Below, one piece after another: positions 1 through 13,689 of a DNA stretch of 64,000 nucleotides. Each line of letters opens with the position of its first letter. The stretch's first letter is position 1. This DNA is from the human T2T-CHM13v2.0 reference genome, Homo sapiens, in assembly GCF_009914755.1 (NCBI RefSeq), contig NC_060925.1, one strand, 5' to 3'. The notes beneath the pieces were generated by a model. That model saw only the letters and a list, made by a program, of their open reading frames with translations, ran no database searches and was not told where the DNA came from. The position numbers and the translations under genes are program-made.

Positions 1-254
1 GCTTTCTCCGCATATAAACTGACTGCTATCTTTAGCTTTACTTGCTGCGACGTAAATTATTCTCATTTTATTATTATTACCATCATCATTTTCATTATCA
101 CATGATGCCAGCAAGTGCTGTGGCTCTCGGGGACTCTCCGACAGATGACAGTCATAGAATGAAACTCCCAATGAATAGAAAACCCCTAACATTTATTCCA
201 TCGATACTTTTACCAACAAGTCTGAGGTTCCTTTTAACTTTACTGTCCTAAAAT

Positions 255-385
255 GTCCCTCATTTTGCAAATGAGGAAATGGGGGCTCCTGGGGGGGTGA
301 AGTGACTCTCACAGGATCACTCAGCTCTCAGTGGCAGAATGGGAACTGACCCCTGGTTTCCCCCTGCAGAGTGCAGTGTCTTTTG
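255..385 (-). mobile_element. MIR SINE fragment
   Basis: cattttgcaaatgaggaaa...gtgaagtgact...agtggcaga resembles the reverse complement of the MIR core. Confidence 0.65.
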
Positions 386-689
386 TGTGGGATGAAACAT
401 GCTCCCAATCCCATTGCCACATTCCTCTTCTGAGTCTGCCGGGACTGCTGTGGAAGGTGCTCAGTGAAGCACTGGTGGGTGGGCTGCCATATCTGGGTTC
501 CTTGCAGTGCACCTACTGAAAGCCTAGAAGGACCTTCACTCCATGACAGACACAGTACCCAGAGGCTGGGAAAGTTAGGGACGAAGACGGGCAGAGACAA
601 AGGGGGTGCTGGACTCTGGCAGGATCATCCATCGTGCTGGAGTGGGGAATCTCCCTAGAGTGTATCTCGGGAGAGTGCCATGTTGTTAG

Positions 690-845
690 GGAGAACCTAG
701 GCTATGGAGTCAGCCTGACCCAGTTCTGCGCTGGAGTAGTTATGTGAAAACAGTGGGCCTCAGTCTCGTCATCTGAAATGGAATTTCAGTGCACAACTCC
801 TAGGAGTTGTTCAGAGATGAATGTTAAGTGCCTGGCCCAGAGCCT
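690..845 (+). mobile_element. MIR SINE fragment
   Basis: gggcctcagtctcgtcatctgaaatgg core and gtgcctggc 3' motif. Confidence 0.6.
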
Positions 846-3800
846 GTTCCCAGTTGGCTGAGCTTTCCTCTGTGTGCACGCCCCTCATCACACCAGCAAA
901 TGGTCAGCTTGTCTTCTGGGCCCTAGCGATGAATTAAGCGCTGCTGGGAGATCCCCTCTGGGTGTTGCTTCAGCTGCCTGACCTCAGGAGGCTGATATCA
1001 CAGCAACAGCACTCACTGGGCTTTAAGCCTTCACATTTCTTTTACTGGCAGAACTGGAAGGGCAGAGAGCCTAGCCCAGGAGTGGGTGGCCAGTGAGAAC
1101 TGGGCAGCCAGCCTGGCTCCACTCCATTGGCGGCATTGCCCTTGGACAGTTTTGGTTGTCACCCACATTTGGCTTCTTAGCTGAAACTCTAGAGGTACAT
1201 TCCTCCTTCCAACAACTGTCTGGAAACAGGAAGTGGTGCAGGGAAGAAAACCAGATGCCAGCTTCCCCCGCTGTTTTGACTGGGCTCTGTAAATGGAAAC
1301 AGCTGAGAATACTATCCAAGGGTGCGTGTGCCCATCTTAAAGCTGGTGTGTGCATTGCAGGGAGGATGCTGGGTGCAAACATACTCTGACGTTTATATTG
1401 AATATTTTAGTTTGCAGAAATTCGCAATTAAATCTACTTTCCACCTACACTATGAAAAATCCATTTATAGAAACCAAATCAAATTGGAGATCTAAGGACT
1501 GGTGGCCAGAAATGAAATATTTTTAAAATAAAATATATGGAGATTGAATTGCTGAAGCGCTGGCTTGTTCTGCGGCTTCCTGGGATGTGAGCTAGAGGGA
1601 AGGCTTATTGGACAGAGCCTTCTCTGGGGATCAATTCTGAACTACTCTTACGTCCTGGCAGTTTCAAAAGGGAAAAAAAAAGTTCTTTGAAAGAACTTAT
1701 TTAGCAGGCAGAGCCAATATTCTGTGTTTTCTTGAAGCCACCTTGTATTTCAGCTTCGGTGAATATGTGTGTCTCCTGTGGATCTTTATGGGAATTGCTT
1801 GAACACTCCGGAGAGGCTGGATGTGGCATTAAAACCACCTAACCTTTGCTCCCCCAGCCTCGCCATTCATCCTGAAGACTTAATTATTTCTCGAAAGATG
1901 ATCCATACGGGTACTGCCTTTTTCTTAGGAATGTGAGCCCAGATGCTGAATTCCCCACTCTCCGTACTCAGGAGAGAGAAGCTCAGACTCAGCTCTGGCT
2001 TAAATTTCTGAATTGATCCCTGATTGAATTCCTCCTTTGAAAATTATCAAGAGCTGCTTAGTTTTTTCCCAGTTCCTATGAGGGATGCCAAATCCTTGCA
2101 TGCGTTTCTGCACTCCTCTGCACCCACGGACCACTCAGAGAAAATGCAACCATTTTGTTCAAGTGAGTTCTTATTGCCCTTCATGGGCTCAGTTCCCTTT
2201 GAGAAGACAACTGATCCCATGCCACGTGTTTCCTGCAGCCTCGCTTCCGCCTTTAGGAAGCAGGCAGAGGAATTCCTACAGAGCACTAGGCCACCCCAGC
2301 GCCACCTCCCATGTCACACCAGGCAGAGGTTGGGTGGGATCTCTGGGAAGGCATGTCCTCCCTGCCTCCTGGGAATCCTGGGGAAGAACCACCCTAGGAA
2401 GTGGCAAGCTCCGGCGGGGTGTCCTACTCCCTGCTGGGTCACTGGAGCTTCCAGAGCCCAGGCTTCGTTGCTTTTCTGCTGTATTCCTGCCCCCTTTCTA
2501 CTGCTTTCCAGTGGACAGGGACGGGGTGGGGCTGCCTTCCTGGGAAGGGATTGCGCTGCAGAAGCTGGGGCTGGTAAAGGCTGGGGAGCAAATGCAGACC
2601 TTGTCTGGGTGATGAGAGACCGCCACTCGTCTCCAGGAGCTCCCGCCAGAGGCCTGCTGTGACAAGGGATAACGTGCTGGCAGGCCACTTGTCCAAGAGA
2701 ATCATTCCTTCCTGCACCTGGACACTGTTTCAGGGCTGGCATTTCTCTGGCACTCGGTGTGAGCAAAGCCCATTTGGTCGTTTGTCAGTGAAGACAGAAG
2801 AGTCACAATGAGCCGATTTATAGAGTACATGGGGTGTTGTGGGGCAGAGGCCCGGATGGCTCCATGATCCATGTGCATGTGTTCCCGGTTTTGTTTGTCA
2901 TTTGCTTTCTTGCCATCCACTGGGAAATGTATTTATCACTACAGTTTGTATAATTTGGTGGTCTGTTTTCATCTTTTACAAGCAAAATGCTTGGTATTTC
3001 AATAAGATTGAAGGGGGGTGGAAATAGATTGCATCCCACTTAGGACTCTCAGTGGGGGAGTCTAAACATGAATTATCCCAGCTTAATGCTTCAAGTTATT
3101 GGGGTTCCCCTGGGGAGCATCTTCTTGGTTCTTGTAATGTTGCTGCCTCCCGATGGCTGCCCAGGGTTTCCAGCTCTCCCGTGCCCCTCGCTTTTCTCTG
3201 AAAACTCGGCATGCCCCGGGGGGCCTCTTTGGAGCCTGTTGGAGGAGATTTTGTAGTAATGAGCATTTGGCTTTTGTAATCCTTTTTCTGCTTCGTGCTA
3301 GCAGCCTCGCACTTCCCACCTGTTAAAGCTTGCAAAGATATCATCGGCAGGCATTTTCCCAGGGGAAGCACAGTTGTGTCCAAAGCCCAGAATAATCCAG
3401 GCTTTCCTCATTTCTATGCAGAGGGCGTTAGTTGATCCTGGTGCCCTCAAGAGAAGGTCCCTCCAGAACAAGCTCACCCTCCATCACAAGCACTGATGAT
3501 GGGGGTGCTCAAGCTGGGGCAGGGAGAGGCTGAGAGGGGATAACCCAAGGTGGCAGGAGGCTCCCTCGGTGGTTTGTGGTGGGGCTGTTCTGTTCAGCCA
3601 GGATGTGGCCCTTTCAGGGGTTTACGCTGTTTAACACTGGCTGAGTGTCAGGACTGGGGGGCTATGGATGGTGAGCTTCTCCCTGGAGCTGGCTGGTAGG
3701 GAAGTTCAGCAGCTCTCTGGATGTTATGAAACCACGGAGAGGCACAGTCACCTTAAAAGGACAGCAGCTCTCACTGGCTGCTAGACTGCCTCTGATGGAA

Positions 3801-4419
3801 GGTGTCTGCAAGACAAAGGAGAGGCTGCGGGCAGCAGTGTGCGGGGGACAGGTGATCTTGGCCAGCATCCTGCTTGCTCATATTCCTCGGTGAGACCAGC
3901 TCTGCAGAGAAAGGGCTGCTTCAGCCCTATTCACCCAAAACCTCAATGTAGAAACCACCCACTTTGCTCTCGTTCAGCTTCCAGAGGGAATGCTGTCAGT
4001 GACACAGCATTCTGGTCCCTGGAGTAGTGGGTTCTTGACATTAACGAATGGGCATTGTGATTTTATCCTTGTGCCTTATGAACTTGGTTAAAGATTTGAC
4101 AGTCACTGTCAGAGGCTGCAAGTCATGCAGGGGCTTCTGAGCCTGCAGGTGAGGACCAGCCCAGACCAGGGTGAAGTCTCAGAGAGACTCTCCGTGGACC
4201 CTTCACCAAATGGCCTCCAAGGCCAAGGCCCTTGATCACAAGTGTGTCCCTGGTTCTCCCTGGTCCTCTCGCATCTGCCCCGTGACTCCCGACTCCCCTC
4301 TGCACTTGGTCTGGTCTCCAAGATCGTTCTGATGTGGACTTTCCTCCTTGTCTATGCTGGCAGACCTCAGGAGGAATCCACCACCTCCGCTTTGCTGCCA
4401 GGCCAATCACTGATAGCAT

Positions 4420-4640
4420 CAAGCACACTGGCTTGAAGTCAGACTTCAGGTGTTCAAATACTGACTCCACCTTCACTTACATCTGACTCGGGCAGTTATG
4501 TAACCTTCTGGCTTTGGGGTTTTTTTTGTTGTAAACAGGGACCCTAATGGCATCTGCCTCCCTGGAGTTGGAAGCTGGAACGGGGCAACACATGGACAAT
4601 GCTGGGAACAGTGCCTCACACATGCCCGTACTCAATGCTG
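4420..4640 (+). mobile_element. MIR SINE
   Basis: gaagtcagact...gttcaaatactgactccac...ggcagttatgtaacc...aacagtgcct...ctcaat follows the MIR consensus order. Confidence 0.7.
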
Positions 4641-4764
4641 TCATGGGACCCATTCTGGCCCTGTCTCCTACATTGCATCTCCATCTGTGATCTTTCACTC
4701 AGTGCCCCGGGGTTGAGAACTAAACCCCTCTACTCATTCTCACAAGCAGGCCTTTTCCTCTTCA

Positions 4765-4880
4765 ACCAGATTGTAACTCCCTGAGGGGAGGGCTTGTTGT
4801 GTGTTTCCTTTGGATCTGCACAGTGGTACTTAGCAGCGTTCTAGGCACCTGGTAAGGGTTTGAGTAAAACAGACTGATTG
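4765..4880 (+). mobile_element. L2 3' end
   Basis: gtaactccctgaggggaggg...ctaggcacctggtaag resembles the L2 3' terminus. Confidence 0.55.
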
Positions 4881-4999
4881 GATAGTTAGTGATGCTGGGA
4901 ATCTGGAGTGTGAATTAAGCAGTATATTCCAAATTACTTCCAGGCGTTCATCATTTCAGTATCACACGGCCACATGGGAAAATGCCCACTGTGTGAAAT

Positions 5000-5180
5000 T
5001 TATTCATCAGTTCAACAAATATTTATCGAGTACTTTCCATGGCATGGTTTTGGTTCCTGAAGATTCAAAAATGAACAGACAGAAAATATCCACGCCCTTG
5101 TCACTTACCTGCAGCAGACTGACAGTGGTCAGATACAATCTCAAGAGGTGATCAGTGCCACAGAGAAAATAGAGCAGGGT
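5000..5180 (-). mobile_element. L2 3' end (continues at ~5810-6410)
   Basis: ttcaacaaatatttatcgagtac is the reverse complement of the L2a tail. Confidence 0.7.
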
Positions 5181-5575
5181 GTATTGGTTATCTATCTCTG
5201 TGTAACAAATTATCCCCAAACATAGCAGTTTAAAACAATGCATATTTATTATCTGACCATTTCTGTGGGCTGGGGCCAGGCATAGCTCTGCTGATCCTCC
5301 CACTCAGGGCTCCTTACAAGGCTACCGAAAAGGTGCTGGCCAGGGCCGTGGTCATTGCAAGGTTCAACTGAGTCAAAATCCACTTCTAAACTCGATCATG
5401 GGGTTGTTGGGAGGATACAGTTTCTCATGAGCTGTTGAACTAAGAGCTCAGGTTCCAGCTGTTTGGTGAATGCCATGTGGGCCTCTCCATGGAACACAAC
5501 AGGAAAGCTTGCTTCATCAGAGTGAGCAAGTGAGAAGAGCCAGAGAGAGTGAACACGCCAGGGACCTTGAGTCAC
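5181..5575 (-). mobile_element. MaLR LTR (MLT1F/G/H-like)
   Basis: gtattggttatctat...taacaaattatccccaaac...aatccacttctaaactc...catgtgggcctctccat are MLT1 hallmarks. Confidence 0.75.
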
Positions 5576-5599
5576 CATCTTCCCAGTAAAGTAAGTGCC

Positions 5600-5750
5600 A
5601 TTAGGAACCCCACTTTACAGACGAAAATGGAGGCCCAGAGAGTTAAGTATTTTGGCCAAGGTTACATAACTATGTAACTAGTGAGTGGCAGGGCCGAGGT
5701 TTGATCCCAACCTGTTTGGCTCCAGTACTTGTGCTCCTAACTACCACAGT
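5600..5750 (-). mobile_element. MIR SINE
   Basis: ccccactttacagacgaaaatggaggcccagagagttaag...tttgatcccaacctgtttggctcca. Confidence 0.75.
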
Positions 5751-5809
5751 GGACCATTGCTCTGCCTTTTAGTTGCACACACTGTCTGCTGCAGTCTTCT
5801 TGACAAGAG

Positions 5810-6410
5810 AAGATGATGACTCAGGAACTTCAGCAGTAGTGGGGATGGGAAGAAGTGGGTTGACTGGGAATACATTTTGAAGAGATTGTTGCTAGAACTT
5901 CTTGATAATTTGGGTGTGGGAATAAGGTGAAAGAAAGATGTTAACAATGATCCCAAAGTTGGGTGCCTAAGAAACTGAGTGAATGACGGTGCTATTCCTC
6001 AAGATAGAAGATGATGGTAGTGGAGCAGGTCTAGGGGGAGAATAAAGAGTTCTGTTTTGGCCACGTCAAGGGTGATGTTCAGATGTAGATGTCAAGTGGC
6101 CCATTGAATACATATGTCTGGAGCTCAGGGGAGCAGTCAGACCAGAGATACAGACTTTTGTAGTCATTAATCACGGATGACCACCGAGAGAAAGAGTATA
6201 AAGGAGAGAAAATGACTAAAGACTTAGACCCCTGACACCTAAAACATTTAGCTGCCTGGACAAAAAGGGAGAGCCAGCAAAGGAAATGGAGACACAGGGG
6301 GCAAGAAAACCAGGAAAGCATGGTGACCTGGAAGCCAGGTGAAGAGGGGCTTCCAAGAAGGAGGAAATGGTTAGCTGTGCCAAATGCTTGGTGAGAGGGG
6401 ATGGAGGACC
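5810..6410 (-). mobile_element. L2 internal fragment
   Basis: purine-rich L2 antisense text such as gagttctgttttggccacgt...atgtctggagctcagggga. Confidence 0.7.
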
Positions 6411-6599
6411 AAATGGAAAAAGAAAGCTACAAAACTGTATTTTCAGAAATGTCCTAATTTTGCAAAAATAATTTCTCCCTGCCCAAAAAGAGTAAAAAGC
6501 TCTTTGAGTTTGTTAAATCTGTAGTCCAATTTTAATCCATGAACATGGTATATCTCTATTCTAGATATTTTAGAAGATATGTGGTAGGGGAGTGTGGGT

Positions 6600-7305
6600 T
6601 ATGTTGTTTTCTATAAAAGGTGTTGAATTTTGTTCTGGCAGGTCAGTTAATTACTGGCAGATCCTCTTGGTCTGGTCAGGCTTGGTTTGAATCTTTATTA
6701 GAGTTGGTCCATTTTTATTTTGCCCTTATTCCTAGGCTTTGGCCTTTCCTGTAGGGTATAGTCCTTGTTCCTAAGGCCTGGCCTTTTGGGGAACAAATGC
6801 CCAAGGTACTCAGCAAGGGTTCTCTCGTCTGGCTTGGCCAGAATTCAAAGCTCTGCCAGCTCTGCATGACTTCTAGTATCTCTGCTTAGCTTTCAGTCTT
6901 ATAACAGCTATGGAGTTTTGCCCTGCATGTGGGCAGTTCTGCCCTCAACCAAGTACTCACAGGGTACCTCCAGGCAGACTTCTAGGGCCTACTTTCTGCA
7001 CAAGATTCTTCTCTCCAGAGCCCAGACCTGTAAGTTCTAGCTGCTTTAGCAGCCCCAAACTCTTGATTTTTGCCTTCTCCTATAATCTAGGCTGCTGTGC
7101 CCCATCGTCCTGCATAATGGGCCAAAAGGCTGGGCAAACATGGGGCTTATCTTGTGTGTTTTTTTTCTGGCAGAACCACAGTCCTGAACTGCCTGTTGTA
7201 CAATCCCTACAAAGAGTAGCCTCAGATATTTTTGTCTAGTTTCATGATTGTTTACAGCAGGAGGGCAAATCCAATCCTAGTCACTTCATTGTGGCAGGAA
7301 TCAAT
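6600..7305 (-). mobile_element. Old L1 (L1M) 5' region
   Basis: ends with cacagtcctg...gttgtacaatccct...gtcacttcattgtggcaggaa, resembling antisense L1ME/MD 5' ends. Confidence 0.55.
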
Positions 7306-8384
7306 ATCTATTTGGTTTAATGTTTACCATTCCTTCCCATTCCCTATACCAGCTCATCACCCTTGTCAGCGGCAGTTCTATATATGTTTGTAGTCCTTTC
7401 AGTTGAAATAAAATTGAGTCAAACAATTTATAATCTGAAATGAACAAAGACCATGTAAATTCTTTTCAGTTGCCTTTTTAGGCTGGTATCTGTCTGTAGA
7501 GGACTCCCAGGGAAGGATTCTCAAGGAAGACTCAATGGGAAGCCTTTGGATGGCAAGCTACAGGGCTGAGTACGAGGGTGGCCTTCCTGTGCGGGGTGTA
7601 GGATTAGCATCAGAGAAACAAATCAGGAATCCCTGGGTATAACAGTAGGGGCTGCATTGTCATTTTAGCCTTCTCCAGAGATGCATGATCCACCCCCCAC
7701 CCCGCAGGGTCTTTTCCTCTCTATGAAAGTCACTGACAAGTTCCTGTGGATCCCCTGGGGTCCCCAGGAATGTATTTCTACTCTGAGGGCCAGTGAGTAT
7801 CTTTTTCTTGGCCATGAGCCATGAATAGAAACGGGACCCTTAATACTGCCTGACCTGCCACATGCAGCCCTCTCTTCTGGGACTGTCTACACAAGTACAT
7901 TTCCACCATCTACAGGGGCGGAATTCCGGTCATTTGCTACAGGGGAAATTCTAGATTTTTGTTTCTAAAGGGCCCCAGGTTACCAAGGTCTCTTGTATAT
8001 TAGAATTTTACCACTTCTCTCTGGGGGAATTAGGTATTTATCAATACATTTTGTAATATATATTTACCAAATTGTTTATCCAGCAAACTTTTATTAAGCA
8101 AATGCCAGGCATTGTGTTAGGTTCTGAAGCTCTCCCAGTTCCTTATCCAGGGCCCCAGGAACGCACTCAGGGACCATTTCAGACACGTGGGTGAGTCAGT
8201 CCCTAATGGGCTCAGAAGAGAATCACCAAAATGTTTAAGACAGAACAGTCCCGAGCAGCCAACATTTCACCCTTCCTTCCTCTCTCTTCCCTTGCCGACC
8301 AGACCCAAGGGTTTTGGACTCAACTGTTTCCTTTTGTAGCAATGAGCTAAGGAGGCTATTTGCTTTGACTAAGGGGCCAAGATG

Positions 8385-8490
8385 ATGAAGTCAGATGTCC
8401 TGAGTTTGCATCTTGCCTCTCCACTGACTTGCTGTGTGACCTTAAGCAAGTACCTTCCCCTCTCTAGGTCTGCTTCCTGAAAATTCAAAG
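8385..8490 (+). mobile_element. MIR fragment
   Basis: cttgctgtgtgaccttaagcaagtaccttcccctctct MIR core. Confidence 0.7.
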
Positions 8491-9191
8491 TCTCTGAAAA
8501 TTCTGTTTTAAAATATGTGCTGGAGGTGGGGAGACCTGATTCCCTGCCTAGTGCTTCCTTCGTTTTCATGGATTCTTTATTAAGCAGATATTACTTCTTC
8601 ATAATAAAATCGTATATGAAACAATGACTTGATTTCTTTATATGAAACATACTTTGTACATCTAAAAATGTTGTTGAAATCATCTGAGCCTCTGAGCAAG
8701 AGCTTCGCCTTTGACTCTGAAGCCAGTGCTGTCAGCAGTTTCTCCCCCTTAATGTAATGCTGTATGTGACTCAATATGAACTAAGCAGGGGGTGGGAGGT
8801 ACAGACCACCCCAGTAATCCAGGCTTTCTCTGGAATTCTCCCACTTGTTTATAGTCTGGGCAATTTGCCTCCTGCTGCTGCATGACTCAGACTCGGAGAG
8901 CTTCCAACCTCGCAATGAGCCAGCGGCTCCCCGGAGTCAGACGCTGGCCCTTGTGTCTCAGGCTCCTGGAACCTTCCGATTAAGCCTCCACTTCCATCTC
9001 CTCCCTGGCCACATTCAGGCAGCAATGCCCCAACCCCACACAGAGACACACGCCCAATCAGTGCCCTGTACAAGCAGGGACTGTGGGTGAGAGGGTACAA
9101 GGAGGTGTTCCAACCCCTCACTGAGACAGGATTTCTAGCCCCTCTCTTTGGTTTGTGTCATTTTGCTTTGAAATGTAAGTTGACTTCTGAT

Positions 9192-9345
9192 CAGGGCAGA
9201 TCTCAGTTTTATAGGACCTTGTGTAAGAATAAGCAATACAAAATAAGGAACACAAAATGAGACCTAGAGTCTTAGAAGGGGCCCGTGCAACCAGAGGTGC
9301 CCCGAAAGCTTAAGTGTCATTGACTTCCTAGCAACCCTGACTGTG
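9192..9345 (+). mobile_element. Arthur1A/MER69A-like hAT-Tip100 DNA transposon
   Basis: cagggcagatctcagtttt...aatacaaaat...agaaggggcccgtgcaa...aagcttaag matches the remembered Arthur1A layout. Confidence 0.6.
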
Positions 9346-9734
9346 GTCTGATTCCTTTAAGATCCAGAACAACTGCTCCCTGTACCTTAAGTAATTATCA
9401 TTTAGAATAAAGTCAGAAAATTGCTTGCTGTCTGTTTATTTTAGAATCAAGCAGCTTCTGTATAATTTGAATTTGAGATAGCATTCTTAAAAAAAAATTC
9501 CCTTCGCAATAAAGCACCAGATTGAATGTCCGATGAGTCACAAATGCCCTTCTGAAAACAGCTGCATTAGAGGGACTCACTCAGAAAACATGATTTTCCT
9601 TCCTCCAAGGGTCTCCCCTAGACCCTGGCACAGAATCACCCTGGTCCCCACTCTGGTCCTCCCTTCCAGGCTCATTCCTGGTGCAGCAGATCACTTCCAC
9701 ATTTACTGCATCACATCCAGCATCAATGTTTTTA

Positions 9735-10680
<946 letters not shown>

Positions 10681-11729
10681 TTTGTAATGTGGTTTGACTT
10701 TTTCAGGGTGATAGTTTGGAAAAATACAGATCTGCTCTAATTGTTGTACCAAGTGAAAATAGATGGCTCTGTTGATCAACTTCCTTGACTTTGTGGTGGA
10801 GCGTACAAAGGAGTCTTATAGTTTCCCAGCCCTTGTTGATGACTGAGGGGCTTTGCCCGTGGGGCCCGGGGAGGATCCCTGTGAGCCTGTAGTGCTGGTG
10901 CCTTGGGCTCAGCCAGCCCCTCAGATGACTTGTGTGGAGCCAGGCAGTGTGTTCATGTTGGATGTAACCAGATCTCGGGGGAGTCTGCTCACCTCTTCCC
11001 CACAGCATGGATAGGACAGAAAAAGCCAAGGCCCATTCATCATCTTTGAAGACTGGGACAGACATGATGAGTGCTGGGGGCGCCCAGGTCCGGGGTGCTC
11101 CTGGGATGCCTGCTGCAGAGATGCTTTTCTCTCTAGCCCACTTCTCGAGGGCAGCCTGGCCTCCTGCTACCCAGCAAGTGCTCTCACTTCCTGCAGCACA
11201 GAGGCCTCCACCTGTCCAGCCCACCCTGAGCCAAGCTGCTCTGGGCTCTGGAACGGGCTGCAGGCTTTCTCGGGCCCCTGGGCCTGGCCCCCTGTCATCC
11301 AGCACACGGAATTGATGAGTTGTGAGACCAGAGCTGTGGCTTCGGGGGTAAACTTCCAGGACTCGTTCTGGCTCATCTGCAGCCATGGATGAATAAAAAC
11401 TCGATCAGGACGCTGGTCTTTGAAAGGCAGCTATTTTAGGACTCACTTTTGGAAAGGCAGGGGGATTGTTTTTCCAAGACAAAATTATGCATTTGTCAAT
11501 ACAGCAAAAGCATCGACTGCTTTCTCTTTGGTGGGGGTGGGGGGTCTCTTGCCTTAATCATTCTCCATCAGAAAGCTTTGCTCTTTGAAGCCTGGCTGGC
11601 ATTGGGCTTCTGTGCATCTGCCCACAGAGAGATGCTCCTCAATCCCCTCCCGCACCTGGCCCCACTCTCCCTTTTTGGAGCAGCTCACCTCTCACCGACA
11701 ATAACAGGGAGAACCTTTGTGAGTCTAGG

Positions 11730-12010
11730 AACGGTTTTGTCATAAAGCCCCCAGCCCATTTCCTGTCTTTTCATCCCCTGTTTTATGCATGTGGCATTCT
11801 GTTCCAGGCCAGATTGCTGTGACATGAGAAATACCCGAAATATGGGCTGCCACGGTGGCTGTCATTAACCAACCACTAGTTGTGCCTTTATAAATTTTTA
11901 CACACCGCTAAATTATAAATATGCAATGCTGCGAGTAATGAAATATGCACCTCTAATAACTGCAGTTAGAAGATTTGTAATTCTGCCTGCATGTGCCATA
12001 AACTGGGAGG
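11730..12010. promoter_or_regulatory. Candidate enhancer-like motif cluster
   Basis: GTCATAAA, CTGTCATTAA, two AAATATGCA and TGCCATAAACT; AT-rich island with retained CpGs. Confidence 0.4.
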
Positions 12011-12344
12011 AGTTGGGGGGCTTCATCTGTTTCCCATTTGGAGCCCCTATTGTGCTTCTCCCCATCCCAGAGTCCCTCATGAGGGTCTTGCGTCTCAAGG
12101 GGACCCTTTGGGGGAGCCTCTCTCAGGTATTGGGCTTCCCCGCTTGATGCCTTTTCTTTTGTTGGTCACATGGATTCAATAAACGTGGTTCACTAGCACC
12201 CACCATGTTTCAGACCTGTGCGAGGCTGGCAATCTGCAGCGGAATTAATCTTCCAAATCGTCATTTTGGGGAGATGAACAAATTACCAGGCAATGACAGT
12301 GCAGTGTGATGAGGGCCCAAGGGGAAGGGTACCCAGGTGCTGTG

Positions 12345-12550
12345 GGAGGCTAGGGTGACCCTGAACAAATTCTGTAATCTCTCTGTGTCTGTGTCCTCAT
12401 TCATGACTGAGGACAGTACCACCGCCTTCCTCTTGGTGCTGCTGGGAGCATTATATGAGTTACGACATGTAAAGCATTTATTTAGAGTGGTGCCTGGCAT
12501 ACATTAAGCACTCACTAAACATTAACTAGTATAAGCACCGTTATTATTAC
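12345..12550 (+). mobile_element. MIR SINE
   Basis: atgtaaagcattta...gtgcctggcatacattaagcactcactaaac MIR 3' half. Confidence 0.8.
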
Positions 12551-12944
12551 TTGACTTCTTCCTGTCTTCTGCCTCGTAGTTGAGATGGTGCCTAGAGCAC
12601 TCTCTTCCTTCTTAAAGAGCATGGCTTCAGCACCACAAGCTTTGAATTAAAGAAACATTGAATTTTTGTCCAATACAGAAATATCTTGTCTTTATATTGA
12701 TATCAAAAACAATCTGTTATAAAAATGCAAACAGTATAAAACTGTATAAAAAGTCCCCCCTAAATCCAATGTATACATACACACATGCACAAATATGTTT
12801 ATGAAGCTGAGCTATACTCTATGTCTCGTTTTTAGCCACAACTATATAGTGGACATAATTTATGTCATACAAATTAGTACATTTTACCAGCGTAGGTGTT
12901 ATTTTCTTACCCTTTTGTTGGATGATTACATCGTTTCCATTGTT

Positions 12945-13270
12945 TCATTGATCCCACAAGTATTACTGAGCAGCTGCTAGAACCCAGTGTTCTAGGTGCT
13001 GGAGCTGTCCTAGCCCTTGTTGACACAGTCTAGAGACAAGGGATGAGCAGACAATAAGAACTAGAATATGTAGCATGCCAGATGGTCATGAGAGACACAG
13101 GGAAAAACAAAGCAGAGAAAAGGCATGGGACGTGGCTGCAACTTTAAATCCAGTGGTCAGGGCAGGCCTTACTGAGGTGACTGGAGAGGAAAGAGCTGAA
13201 GGGGTCAGGAGCCCTATTGAAATCTGGGGAGAGGCTTTCCAATTACAACAGCAAGCGAAAGCCTTTGAGA
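12945..13270 (-). mobile_element. L2 3' fragment
   Basis: tattactgagcagctgc...tgttctaggtgctggag...ggtcagggcaggcct. Confidence 0.7.
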
Positions 13271-13274
13271 TCAC

Positions 13275-13623
13275 AGAACAACCTGGACAAGTCCTAAAAG
13301 CTTTGTACTAAGGCAAAGAGGCCAGACACAAAAGGACACACACTGCATTCTGTGGTTCTGCTTCTCTGAGATCTCAGAATAGGTAAATTCAGAGAGACAG
13401 GGATTAGAGTAGAAGTTCTCAAGGGCTGGGGGAGGGGAGGGAGATGAGTTATTGCTTAAAGGAGGCAGAGTTTCTGTTTGGGATGATGAAAAGTTTAGGA
13501 AAAGGAGAGTGGCAATGATTGCACAACAATGCGAACGTCCTCAATGCCATTGAATGGTGCACTTGAAAACGGTCAAAATGGGAAATTTCATGTTATGTAC
13601 TTTCTACCACTATTTTTTAAAAA
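13275..13623 (+). mobile_element. L1MB 3' end
   Basis: gccagacacaaaaggac...gtttctgtttgggatgatgaaaag...ggtcaaaatgggaaatttcatgttatg. Confidence 0.8.
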
Positions 13624-13689
13624 GACCTCGAGATGGGAGTTGGTATTGGATAGAACGAATGCACAATGTTTAAATTAATGAACATTCTG

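Noticed and set aside
2024-2766. Overlapping 150-212 aa ORFs
   Set aside because: ORFs in several frames on both strands with no homology; typical of GC-rich non-coding DNA
10690-10710. Acceptor-like tgactttttcag (also ~60005-60028)
   Set aside because: No convincing paired donor or coding frame; such motifs are common by chance
10703-11386. Longest ORF (227 aa, - strand)
   Set aside because: No recognisable domain; length is compatible with chance in GC-rich DNA; no supporting exon structure
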